A DNA stretch of 56,084 nt, the filler included, from Porpidia crustulata (taxonomy: Eukaryota), in assembly GCA_964255105.1 (NCBI GenBank). It is 5 parts of 5 records of this genome, joined end to end, with 100 filler letters (N's around TTAATTAATTAA, not from the genome) between each part and the next. Parts side by side here need not be neighbours in the genome. Positions count along the whole stretch, not along the records: positions 1 to 11,163 come from CAXUWE010000690.1; 4 more parts are not named here. The stretch is one strand, 5' to 3'. Shown one piece after another: positions 1 to 11,263 of the stretch (the first letter of the stretch is position 1; every line of letters begins with the position of its first letter). Below the pieces are notes generated by a model that saw only the letters and a program-made list of their open reading frames with translations, was not told the DNA's origin and did no database searches. The position numbers and the translations under genes are program-made.

Positions 1-190
1 CTTCTCCGCCTCGGCCATCTTGCCTTGATCCGCGTAGAGAATCCCTAAATTGTTGACCGTGTCCAGCGTTGACGTGTGCTCCGCCCCCCCAGCCGTCTCC
101 CTTCCGTTCAGCGCCCGCATATACATCTTCTTCGCCTCGGCCATCTTGCCTTGATCCGCGTAGAGAAGACCTAGGTTGTGGAGTGCGTCG
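1..190 (-). repeat. 126-bp-period coding tandem repeat (TPR array, partial)
   Basis: 1-41 (cttctccgcctcggccatcttgccttgatccgcgtagagaa) recurs at 127-167 with one mismatch; period 126 nt = 42 aa. Confidence 0.9.
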
Positions 191-2273
191 ACAGCTTCCG
201 CTGATTCAAGCCGATGCAGGCTTTCCAGGTCATCAATCTGCTGTACACATCGATCAACGTGGGGGAGCAATCGCTGCTCCAAAAGCCAGTACTCCGTCTC
301 TGTATGAGTCGGCGCCGCGATGCCTACAATCGTCAGCGCGGCCAGCATTAAGTCATCTTGGCCGTAGCTAATTGTCTCAGTGCACCAGTCATGCACAACC
401 GGATGAATGGAATAGCTTTCCCTATCTCCGTGCGATTCGACGAGCGAGTAGGCCAGTAAGCTCTTCATCACCCTCTTAAAGACGATCTCGCTGCCTGCCA
501 GCTCCTGTAACCAGTCATACTCTTCTTGATAGCCCTCGCGTCCGCGACGGAAGAGCTCATACCAGACATCTTGATGATCCAAGTACCCCCACAGCTGCAT
601 CAACTTCCCCGCCGTCCGGCCGCCCTGTCGTACGTGCTCATAAGAGATCATCCACGTCGTCTGAATGCTCCCATTCTCATAATCCCGTAGGCGAGGTGTC
701 TCGGCCACGAGCTGAGTCCACGAAGATTTATACAGATCTAAGTACTTCGAGCAACCCGTCTTGGTTTCGCACATGTAGGTGCCTGCTTGAACTAGAGCGA
801 GGGGGAGGTAGCCGAGTCGCTGAATAAGGTTTGTCATGTCTGTAAAATATGTTATTAGGTTTGTGTTTCCAGGTTCAGACAGGATCCATATCTTACCGTG
901 GCTGGATGAATGCAGACCCGAGTGATGACTAAGGAGCTTTTGTGCCTGATCCAAATTGAGACCCCCAACTTGCGTTGACTGCCCCATCCCCCTTAGGGAA
1001 GGAAGACGGGTCGTGATTAACACGGAGCCGTGATCAGCTGATGGCAGGAATGATGTGACCTCAAAGGCCTGTGTATCTTCCGTGCTGAATCGGACGTCTC
1101 GATCGACATTGTCGAAGATCATCAGCCATCGATGATTCCCTTCTAGAGCGAGCCATCTCAGCACAGCGGCCGCCTCTGTCTCTATATCGAAATCCTGCTG
1201 TGCTGCATAGGCAGTCGATTCTGAGACACCGTCAACGTCAGCCCGCCTACCGAACGCAGACAGGCTCTGCAAAACCGTATTCCTGCTGTTGCCATTAACC
1301 CATAGGACCGCACTATATGTACGTTGATACTTTCGAGCATGCGCAATCGCCAGCTGAGTCTTTCCGATTCCACCTAGGCCATGAAGGATGTGCATCTTCC
1401 GTTCAGTCTGTGCCTTTGTCGGGAGTAGATATCGTTCCATCGCTTCCATTTCGGGGTCGCGATCGACGAAGTGGCCGGCAACCAGCGGACCCATAAGCTG
1501 GAAATGCACGTGGAAATCATCGCTTTCTGAAAGATGTTGAATCAGCGCTTGCTCGCTGGTCTCATATGTCAACGACTTTCTATAACCCGTACTTTACGCA
1601 CAATGAAACTGTGTCCCTCCTCTTCCAAGGATTTGATTCTTTTTAAGAGCACTCACCCACCTGGTGCAAAGGATGAATTTGCTGGGACATCTTGCACGCC
1701 AGGCGTTTCACGTTGTAAAAGATGCACCTTCATTTCACCTGTCATTTCAAGAGCGGACTTCGCTTGCTCAAAAGCTTCGATATAACTCCTCTGTCCATAC
1801 CCAAGCGCCGTATAGAATTCTCGGGAGAAGTCGATCGCATCTTGGTCCAATATGCTTCCCTCTGACACTATAGCTAGACCAACTGCCTCCGCAAAAGCCT
1901 GCCCTTGATCCAACGAGAAGCAAGCATTGAGTATGACGAGTCGTAGCTCTTTCTGATGGCTCAGCACTTTTGCTAGCGCTTGCTTTTGGACAGGTTTAGC
2001 GGTCCCTTGAACATCTTCAAAATATAGTACATCCTCTCCACCGTGTCCACTAAAGTGTAGTATATGTGGATCGAAGCGATCCAATGCTGCTGTAATATCA
2101 GAATATCGACAGGAAGGTTCATTGAGGACGTTCAGCGACGAGGCAAAGCGTGTTCCACGGATTGCGACCTGTAAGTCTCGATGCTCTTGCGCCAGACGTA
2201 ACCGACCTATATTGCGAGGATCCGATGATAGGATAAGAACCTTTAATGGCCATTGTGGCATAGAATTTTGCAT
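1..2273 (-). CDS. Fungal NLR-like STAND protein: CHAT (caspase/HetF-like) protease + NB-ARC + TPR repeats; 3' end truncated by contig edge
   Basis: Exon 2273-1661 encodes CHAT with HILHFSGHG and LVILNAC motifs. Phase-1 intron 1660-1527. Manual translation of 1526-1 is open: P-loop GLGGIGKT (1380-1357), Walker B WLMIFDNVD, VLITTR, GYLPLAL, SIHPVVHDW, then 42-aa TPRs (NLGLLYADQGKMAEAKKMYMRAL). In-frame intron 896-840. Confidence 0.9.
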
Positions 2274-3702
2274 TGCTGAGAAGGTTCAGGTATATGCCAC
2301 TTCGTAGGTTGTCGTCGTATGTTGTTATGAGGCGAATGCTGCAACCTCCATCACTTTGAACATTCGTTTGATTAGGTAACGTAGATTTTGGTTTGACCTC
2401 AGATCCTAGTCACCTATGCACGATTGTTGTGACGGCAAAGGTATAAGAGACGGCTGGCGACGATTAGAGCGGGGCACGCTATGTTATGGCTGAAGCCTTT
2501 CGCTGTCTCGTGGACAGGACAGGCATTGACAGGTGTAGGACAGAGCTTGGCACGAGTCGTACTTAGTAGATTTCGGTAGCTGAATAGAACGACATCTTCC
2601 ACCCACTTGACTGACCCATAACACGCTAGGTCATCCAAAATAGACTTAACACATATCTATCAAACAGAGGTTCCTATAAAATAAGCCACACTTTGAGTTT
2701 ATATAGTCATAACGTACAATACTGCTAAGAGCATACGATTGCTGTCATGTCCTGTCAGTAGCTGTTGAGTCCTGTCAATCTTATCTTACAGACAGGACAA
2801 GCCTTGGCACTTAAACTTAGCCATTTTCGATATCTTAGTAACTTATACCGTAATTGTATACAGGGTCGCTTTGCACTAGCCCGGCTCGGTAACAGCTGTG
2901 ATCGGAGGTACCGACCAGGATAGCGACCTTGGGCGAATTTACACACGACAGCAGGTACAAAGCATACGAAGACTTTCCCATCATCGTTTCAGTGTTCTAA
3001 AGCTCAAATCAAACTTTTCTAATATGTATCATAGAAAGCAAAGATGTCGTGGTGGTGCAGTAGCGTTTCGCGACAAAAGAAGCCGCCGAGCGGATCAGGC
3101 GAGAACGCGACGATGCAAATGTAATTTATGGGTCGGACAGGTTATCAATGTTTTGCAGTAGCCACAGCACATGATATACACCTAATATTGATCAAGCTCA
3201 AGGTGTGCACAGAGCTTCAGGCGCTTGAAGTCAAAGTACCCATTATATTTTCCGGCACGGGTGGTTTTCCGCCACCCGTGGAGGGACGTTAGGGAGAAAA
3301 CATCGGCCATAACAGGACAGCAAAACCCACCGCAGACCAATACCCGAATCCCATACGACCCGACCAAAACTTAAAGAGTTGACTTCCAAGAACCGCACAG
3401 CCAATCCGAAAACAGGCGTAGATAGCATAGCAATATCACGTCACCACCACCGCTCGTATGGTTCCCTGCACAGTGGATCGAGAACAATGTTGAAAATACT
3501 GTATTCCCTCAAACTCCCCAACCTTCCCCCCCCCCAAGAAACCGAACGAGTAGAACAGTATGCCGCCGGCTAGAAAAGAAAAGAAGTAATTATGGTACAG
3601 CCAAGCCTCTTTAATCCATTCTAATTTCAAACTCATATCTTCTCCGTTCCAAAGACACTCTCACTGCTTCCCTTGTGCTTCCCTTCATTGCTCTTACTCG
3701 TC

Positions 3703-6329
3703 TTACTGCCCATCGCCACTCCCGTCGTAGATCCCCCGGCTGACTTTTGCCGGATTACCCGCCACGACGGTGAATCGCGGAACATCCTATTGGCTTTCAT
3801 CAGTCGAAGAACTGACGACAGAAAGGGAACGCGAAAGACTTACTTGATGCAACAGACTCCCCGCTCCAACCGTGCTGCTCTTGCCCACCCTCACGCCCGC
3901 CAAAATCGTCACGTTGCTACCGATCCAGCAGTCCTCCTCGATGACAATGTTTCTCCCGAGCGCCTGCCCGCCACTGCCCATCCTCCTTCGCGGATCGATC
4001 GGATAAGTAGCGCAGACAAGCTTGACGTTGGGGCTGAAGATGCAACGCGCCCCGATAGTCACGGCGCAGGTGTCTGAGATGCGGCAGTCGGCGCCAATGA
4101 GGACGTCGTCACCGATGGTGATGTTGTAGCCGTAGTCGCAATGAAATGGTGCCTCGACCACGACGCGCTCGCCAACGGTGCCAAAGGGGAGTGGCATGGT
4201 TGGGGCTGGAGGTTCGGCACCGCTTGGCAGGGGCGGTTCGGGCGTGGGGCGCATGCTCATGATCGCTTTGAAAAGACGGGCGCGCTCTTGGGGGCTGGCG
4301 CCATGGGACGGGTTGGTGGCGTTGTTGAATCGCCAGATGGCGGCCATACATTGCTCGCGGTCTTCTGTGAGGGCGGCGCTAAATGGAAGATAGTAATTGC
4401 CTTTGAGCATTTTCTCGCGCTCGGTGAGGTCTTGACGGCGGTGAGGGGATGGACGGAGAGAGGCAGGATGCGAAAGAGCTGTTTGAGCGACGATCTGCGG
4501 ATTGTTGGGATTCGGATTCGACGGATGGGATGACTGTGCCGAGTATTGTGACTGAGAAGAGTTGGTCCGATGCACGGGCGCAGGGGGGTGCATCGAATTC
4601 GGGTCGCTCACTTGATCGTAGGGCGTCTCTTGCATGGAGCTGGGACGATGATCAGTTTCGGGCTGATACTTCGAAATATGTGGAGGATTGCTGGGGTATG
4701 GCCTTGCCGCTTTATTCCATGCGGGCTTCTGGTGGCCATTAGGGGGACTCGGTTGTGCGTACATCGATTCACGTTCCTCATCAACAACAATGGGCTTGCC
4801 TCTGTCTCCTTCCGGACCCATATGATGGTTACGATTAGGAGGTGGACCCGGGTACTCAGGGCTAGTTTCTTGAGCGTATTGGGCTTGGTAGAGCCCGCGG
4901 TGGATTGATGGAGGATAGCCGTTCTTTGCCTGGATTGGCATCGGAGGTTTGGTGCTGGAGGGCTTTTGCCACGTGTTTCGTATTGTGTAGCCTTCACAGA
5001 CAAACCCGCCACGAAGGCAATTATTGCCTATATTTGGTCAGCTAATATGCAAATAACAAAGCGGTCACTAGAAGGACAAGATGTAGCGAGCACGGAGTAT
5101 GGTAAACAATGTCAGAAGCTAGTGAGCCGAGTCATGCAATTGAAATGGACAAAAAGAGTAGCACGGTAACCGCAGGAGATCGCAATAGGCAGCGAACGAG
5201 GAAGTCATGTACCACAATAAATCAAGCAAGGTTAAGAACTCATTATGTACTCACATTCCGGATGCTGCTCGTCGCACTTTTTCTTTCGTCTTCTACAGGT
5301 CATGCATCCTGTCTTGGTTCGATTACTGAAAACTCGCTTTCTGCGCTTCCGCTCGTCCATCGCAGATTGAGAGCTTCGGTTCATACCGTAATCTCCATAC
5401 TGCTGAGCATGCTCGTCTTCCTCTTCTGGACTGACATAGTTCTCGCGCGTAGGCATGGAATCATAATTGCGCAACGCCTGGACCATCCCTGCCTCCGAGT
5501 AGTATGGCTGGTCTCGTTGAGGCGCCAACGTAGGGTCACCGCGAGAGTCGTATTCGTTCCTCACCAATGAATGCCTTTCTGGACGTGGGTACAATTCTGG
5601 TTGATGTCCACGCTCCGGTCGTGGGTACGGATCAGCTGGGTGTACATGCTCGTGTCTAGAATAAGGATCCGGGTGACCACCGTGCTCTGGTCGCGCATAT
5701 GGATCAGAAGGACCAGCTACCTCGGGTCGGGGATAGGTCTCCGGCCGGGCATGGGCATAAGGCTCGACTGGGCTGATCATGTCTGGCTGTCGACCGCTGT
5801 CAGTGTTGTATATTCTCTGTCGGTCAGAGCTCAGCGGCATTTCATGGCTGTGGTACGCAGTTCCGTTAGAATTCTCGGTGGCCTCTGGGAAGGACCGTTT
5901 CCTCTTCCTCGGGCTACCATTGGCGGTCCTGGACGGCTGGCTATTTGGTGTCTCAGGATGGCTGCCGTAACGATGTTTAGCTTCATCAGAGTTTTCTCGA
6001 CGATGAGGAGTTTGACTTGGGCGATCAACTACCGGATTAGCAGCCGGAGACGGTCCACGTTCCGTGTGCGTGAATGCGTCAAGCTGGCGTGAAGGGCTTT
6101 GAGATTTTTGTCGTTCTTGCTGAATGTTTGGTCGAGCAGTCCGAGGATTGGGCTCATCACCAGCTTCCTTTGAGGATTCGTTTGGGGTTTCTTGAGCCGA
6201 CTTTGACTTTGCTGGTGGTGTTGTAGCAGCACCGTTGACGGCAGTGAATGATGGGCCGGACTCGGCAAATTGTTCGGTTTCGACCCCTCCTGGAGCCTCG
6301 GATCTGTGATTCGAGGCAATTGTTGCCAT
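3703..6329 (-). CDS. Zn(II)2Cys6 binuclear cluster protein fused to a maltose/galactoside O-acetyltransferase (hexapeptide-repeat, LacA/NodL-like) domain
   Basis: Exons 6329-5255, 5027-3844, 3786-3703. Spliced product has RTKTGCMTCRRRKKKCDEQHPECNNCLRGGFVCEGY and, C-terminally, TEREKMLKG..PFHCDYGYNITIG..IEEDCWIGSNVTILAGVRVG..DVPRFTVVAGNPAK. Confidence 0.9.
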
Positions 6330-7239
6330 ACCTGTCGACTTCAATAGATCGAAAATACTCTGACTGATGGACCTTGGCGCGATAGCCGCTATATCGAATT
6401 ATTTCCTCCCGCGAGTTACCGAAAGAGAAGTAACTTTCAAATCGTTACGGTCCCGATAGAGTCGTAATATATTTATAACACTTTGAGTAGAGAGTACTGA
6501 TCCAAGTCGATACAAAACGGAAGATTTATTATCCTTGGTCGGCGGCTTATACTTGGGTGATAACGTCGGGAAAAGGATCGTTGAGAAGTGGGGGATTATT
6601 AATGGATTGGGAGGGGGGAAGGAGACGGTTGCGAGTAGGTAGAGTAGGCAAGATATTGATAGTAATGAGGAACGCTTGGTGAATGAGGGAGTCGTCTGTC
6701 GCCTCGGTTATATTATTACTGCGCGCCTCTCGATCCTGATCTTATTCTTGTTGCTCAACAAGGATGCTACGAGAAGCGGCTGGAAGCTACGCAGTAATGA
6801 TAATGCGCACGAAGACTCAGCAATCTATCAGTAGCATGGGTTAGTGATCCTGTATGGAGCACGTTGGAAAGATAAGGAGGAGGGATGAGCGAGGAGGGAA
6901 GAAGGAGGGCAAGTTCAGATTTGGCGCAAAAGGCGGAGGGCGGCTGAGCAAATTGCTCTACACGCCGTGTCTCTCGACTCCATCCATGATCCGGGCTCAT
7001 TTTCACTCGGCCCACGCGATTCGGCTGGTGTGACGAGTGAGAGTCAGAGGAACATGACCAGGGGGTCTCATTGGCTGCTTCCGAAAGGGCGCTTAGTTTC
7101 TTCAGGCATGTAAGTTGCAGGCTGCGTGTTGCAAGTTCCAAGCAACCCTAACGCCTTTGAGTGCCTAACACCCTACCGTGCCTAGGTACCAAAGTGATCC
7201 CTACCCACGGTTCCCTCGTCCAGCCCCTCGAGTCACTGT

Positions 7240-7283
7240 GGGAATTTGGGGAATTTGGGGAATTTGGGGAATTTGGGGAATTT
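7240..7283 (+). repeat. (GGGGAATTT)n 9-bp tandem repeat, ~5 copies; G-quadruplex consensus
   Basis: gggaatttggggaatttggggaatttggggaatttggggaattt read directly. Confidence 0.9.
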
Positions 7284-9244
7284 AGCAAAAAGGAACAAGG
7301 GGGACGATTTGATTGTTTGATCTTTCATGCCGCACAACGAAGAAGCTTCGATGTGCTTGGGTCCTTCTGAAGTTCTGTCTATCCCAATGGCGGTAACTCC
7401 AAGATTTCTGACGAATCATCTGACTAGCTAAGCTGCGACTACTACGTCAAATAGACTATCGCGTTCCGTGAAGATTGCTCGCACCTCAAGCACAGACATG
7501 ACGAGCGGCAAAATTATCATGGCTCGACTAAAGCTCTGCGCTGGGAGATGATGGGTGAGAGCTACTGGTGTTGGCTTGACACATTCCACACCTGCATACC
7601 TAGTTGTACGTCGACATCTCACATGCTGCAAACTTGCAGAGTTCAGGCTAAAGCACAATTCTGCCATTCGGTTGGTGGGCGCTGCGCAGTCAGGAAGCAT
7701 CCATGCGTTGCGTAACCATCGACCTAACCAGTACAGTAAGGAATCCTTTAGAATTACCGAAATTCCAATGGTGACACCAAGACATGGCACAAGCTAATTT
7801 AGCCAAGTATCTAACAAATTATATTTACCGGAACCGAGCCCCAACTGCCATGATGCAGGATTATTATTGGCCCATTCCCAGAAAACGTCTTTGGGTCTGG
7901 GAGAAGACTATTGCGCTTTGGCCGTTGGGCCCCCTCTTCAGCTGTATGACCTTAAGCCTTGTATCCAGTAAACACCACCCAGTGCACCAGATGGATCCTT
8001 GCTATCTCACCCGTCTAATCATGACTGCAAGTTGCCCGACGCTAAACCATCATCGCGCGCATGAGGCTTCCGCGATCGCATACCTGCGCTCTGCGGCCAC
8101 TGATGGAGATGTACCGTATCCACCCGACCATACTCTTCTCCAATGGACTAAGTACGCAGCATCGTGACATTCATAACGGCTGAGGTGCCTCGGCTCGAGA
8201 GTATCATCTCCGAAGAAGTTTCAAACAGCCACTGTTCCTGGATAACACATGCGTTAATCTTTGTCGCAAATAATGGGCAAGGTCGCCGATAGCATTCAAG
8301 GAATAGCGAGGCATATCTCATGGCACAGCGATAAGGCGTCTGTATTGGAAGCTTCCAACCATGAGACGGGGGACAGCAATCCTTCGCTCATTTCCGACGA
8401 CCCTCCGTCAGACTCAGGCCTCAGGTAGCCCGCCTTTTCTCTACCCGGAGCCAGAGAGCAGAAGCGTTTTTAGGCGGATGATGCAGATGCAGTGTGTCAG
8501 CAAACATCCTGGTCATCCTCGAGAAGCGACGCCGCGTGTTCCCGCTACACTTTCGCCAAGCCAAACCGATCACTTGTATCGGTTGCTTGCGGACACACGG
8601 AATGCTACAATAACATTACAACAGTCACAACGTTGGCAAGAGTCTGCCAACACTGACGCCGCGCGTACTAGTAGATATGTGCAACGTGTCCATTTTGGGA
8701 AAAGGACGCGACGGGCGCGGATGTGTGAAGGATGCACTTAATCATAATTTGATCCGGATTGGATTCGAAACTAACAAGACTTGGATCCCTGCCCGCCAGA
8801 ACGAAGCCATCATGGGCTCACAGGCTTACATGTGAACCCTAGCAAGTAGGAAGTTTGTGGGCCTTGATGGTGGCCGTCGCGGCAAGGTGATTGGCTGCCG
8901 CAGCTTTGGCTAGTCTCGCGAGTCTTGCTTCCCCCAACCCTTAAACTCTCCAAAGAATCCAGGCGCTTGTTGCGAGTCAAAAATGGCTTACAGCTTCCGC
9001 CTCGCGCTACGCCGAATCCTTCGAAACTTAAACGATGTAATTACGGAGACCGACAATCGCCATCCAACTCTTCCCTCGCGGCTGTAAGCGCTGATAAACA
9101 GCGAGGCATGTCTGTCGGCCATGAAGGATTGCATTACAGTTTACAAAGGACACGTCAGTCGTGCTCCAGGATCAGTGAGGCACAGGGACCGTCATGTTGG
9201 CTTGATTTCTGATGCATGAGATATCCATACAACAGCCAGATTGG

Positions 9245-9288
9245 CCACTGAGACATGTGTCATGGCCCACTGAGACGTGTGTCATGGC
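9245..9288 (+). repeat. 22-bp tandem duplication (2 copies, 1 mismatch)
   Basis: ccactgagacatgtgtcatggc followed by ccactgagacgtgtgtcatggc. Confidence 0.9.
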
Positions 9289-10388
9289 AGCCTCTGAAAC
9301 GGCTGAGCTAAACAAACACAACTTCTATATAAGGAAATCACGTACAGTGGCTATACTTAATCCACTCACTTGAACGGTGCAATCATTACCACAAATCAAA
9401 TGCAACAGCAGAGTCAGCCGAACAGGATGACGGTCTGCCTGTATACGCGGCAAAATTCAGTCAAGTCGACGCTTTGTCAGCACACAAATAGGAATTCAAA
9501 TTACTTCTTTACACAAGACCGCAGGACTTCCAGGCATCCGATGAGGCGTTCGGATGGGATCTGGCTTTTGTTCGCTGACGTTTCGCATGCCTAAATGAAC
9601 GAGGCTTGAGGTTGAACCGTACCTTTCCGGGGTTCACGTCTCCCTTTCACTCAACGTTTCCGCAATCAACACTTTTCAGATGATCTTCAATTCATTGTTA
9701 CGATGCTCAAAGCTCAAGGAAGCTCGGTGGGTCCAACCCAGTTGTCTCACATGTAGAGTTTTCGAAGCACAACAGCTCGCCTTCGAACCACAGCATAATC
9801 TATTTTCTCTGCATCGGTCGTCATAGCGATGTCATGTTACAAAATAGCGCTGATATCCCATCATCTGCGTGACTGTTGTATCAAGAACCAATTCCATATC
9901 TTTATGAAATACATTCTCGAGTGATCCGTTAGTCCGATGTGGTATTAAAACTCTACACCCATCGAGTATGAAATACCGACTGAAGACTTCACGAAGTGCA
10001 TGCAACTTACACAGTACTTCCACATATTAAGCCTCTCATCGACTCTACAACAGAATTATTCGTAATTTCGAGGAGGTGACGCCGTCAGGTACATACGCGT
10101 AGAGTAATTATCTCCTAACGCCGGGCCGCCGCAGGCCATAGCCCTACTGTTCTACCACCACCATCCATCCTCAAGTATGATGACTGTGATTCTGTTGCAC
10201 CAGGTCTAGTCGCACAATGGTGATTTGCTCCAACTTGACAGCTCTGCCAAGGAGGCCTCGTCTTGCCTGTGCGCATCATGCACCCACAGAAAGGGAGACT
10301 GTCTAGCAATGGGCTCTTGGCCCTCGCCGGGTCAAGTTCGAGGGCCCATAGCTCATGCCGACGCAATGCCCATATTACGCTATCTCCG

Positions 10389-11163
10389 ATGAAATACCAG
10401 CCCATTAGATCGAACCATCCCAGATGGGCCTCCACAGCAACGACGACTCCTCCGAAGACCGCTCTCTTCTTCCCCGGTAAGCCCTCCACCTCTTCTCCCC
10501 ACCCTCAAGTTATCCCTAACTTCCTCAGGCCAAGGCGTTCAACGCATCGGCATGACCACTCCCTGGCTTGAAGCGTTTCCCAAAACCTGCAAACTCTTTC
10601 TCGAAGAAATGGACCACATCCTCTCCACCCCTCTCAGCACCATCATCGCCGACGGCCCCAACTCCACCCTCACCGCGACGGAAAACGCCCAACCGGCCAT
10701 CATGGCTACCTCCATCATGATCCTGCGCGTCCTCGAACAAGAATTCGGCTTCGTCACCCCAACCCGCGTATCCGTCACCCTCGGCCACTCCCTCGGCGAA
10801 TTCGCCGCCCTCGTCGCCTCCCAACACCTCGCCTACCCGGACGCCCTGCGCATGGTCCGCCGCCGCGCCCAAGTGATGGCCCGCTGCAGCCGCGACGCCT
10901 CGGCCTCAGACCCGACGGGTGGCGAATACGGCATGGTGGCCCTCGTTTGCGAGCCGGACCGCCTCGCCTCCCTCATCGACACCATCCACGACTTCCTCGG
11001 GCACGCCTCGCCCGGCTCGCGCGACGACTCCGCCAGCCAGGCGCCGCCGATCCAGCAGGTCCTGATCGCCAACATCAACAGCAAGAACCAGATCGTGCTG
11101 TCCGGCAGCGTCGCCCGCATCGGCGAGCTCCTGGTCCAGCTGCGCCAGTTCGGCGGCCACGAC
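10389..11163 (+). CDS. MCT1: Malonyl-CoA:ACP transacylase, probably mitochondrial (FabD/Mct1); start uncertain (10278 or 10389), 3' truncated
   Basis: TALFFP|GQGVQ across intron 10477-10528; LTATENAQPAI; catalytic GHSLGE; IANINSKNQIVLSG. Confidence 0.85.
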
Positions 11164-11263
11164 NNNNNNNNNNNNNNNNNNNNNNNNNNNNNNNNNNNNN
11201 NNNNNNNTTAATTAATTAANNNNNNNNNNNNNNNNNNNNNNNNNNNNNNNNNNNNNNNNNNNN
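11164..11263. other. Artificial contig linker (N44-TTAATTAATTAA-N44)
   Basis: 100 bp, six-frame stop spacer flanked by Ns; genes on both sides are cut mid-CDS. Confidence 0.98.

Noticed and set aside
2280..3690. Gasdermin, HeLo or amyloid partner gene next to the CHAT-NLR
   Set aside because: Only short ORFs with no recognisable motif or convincing exon chain; looks like promoter plus the neighbouring gene's 3'UTR.
7380..10250. Several 60-127 aa ORFs in the long intergenic region
   Set aside because: No motifs, codon bias or consistent splice structure.
11208..11219. TTAATTAATTAA palindrome as a regulatory site, and ORFs ending in XXXLIN
   Set aside because: Synthetic six-frame stop linker repeated four times between N runs.
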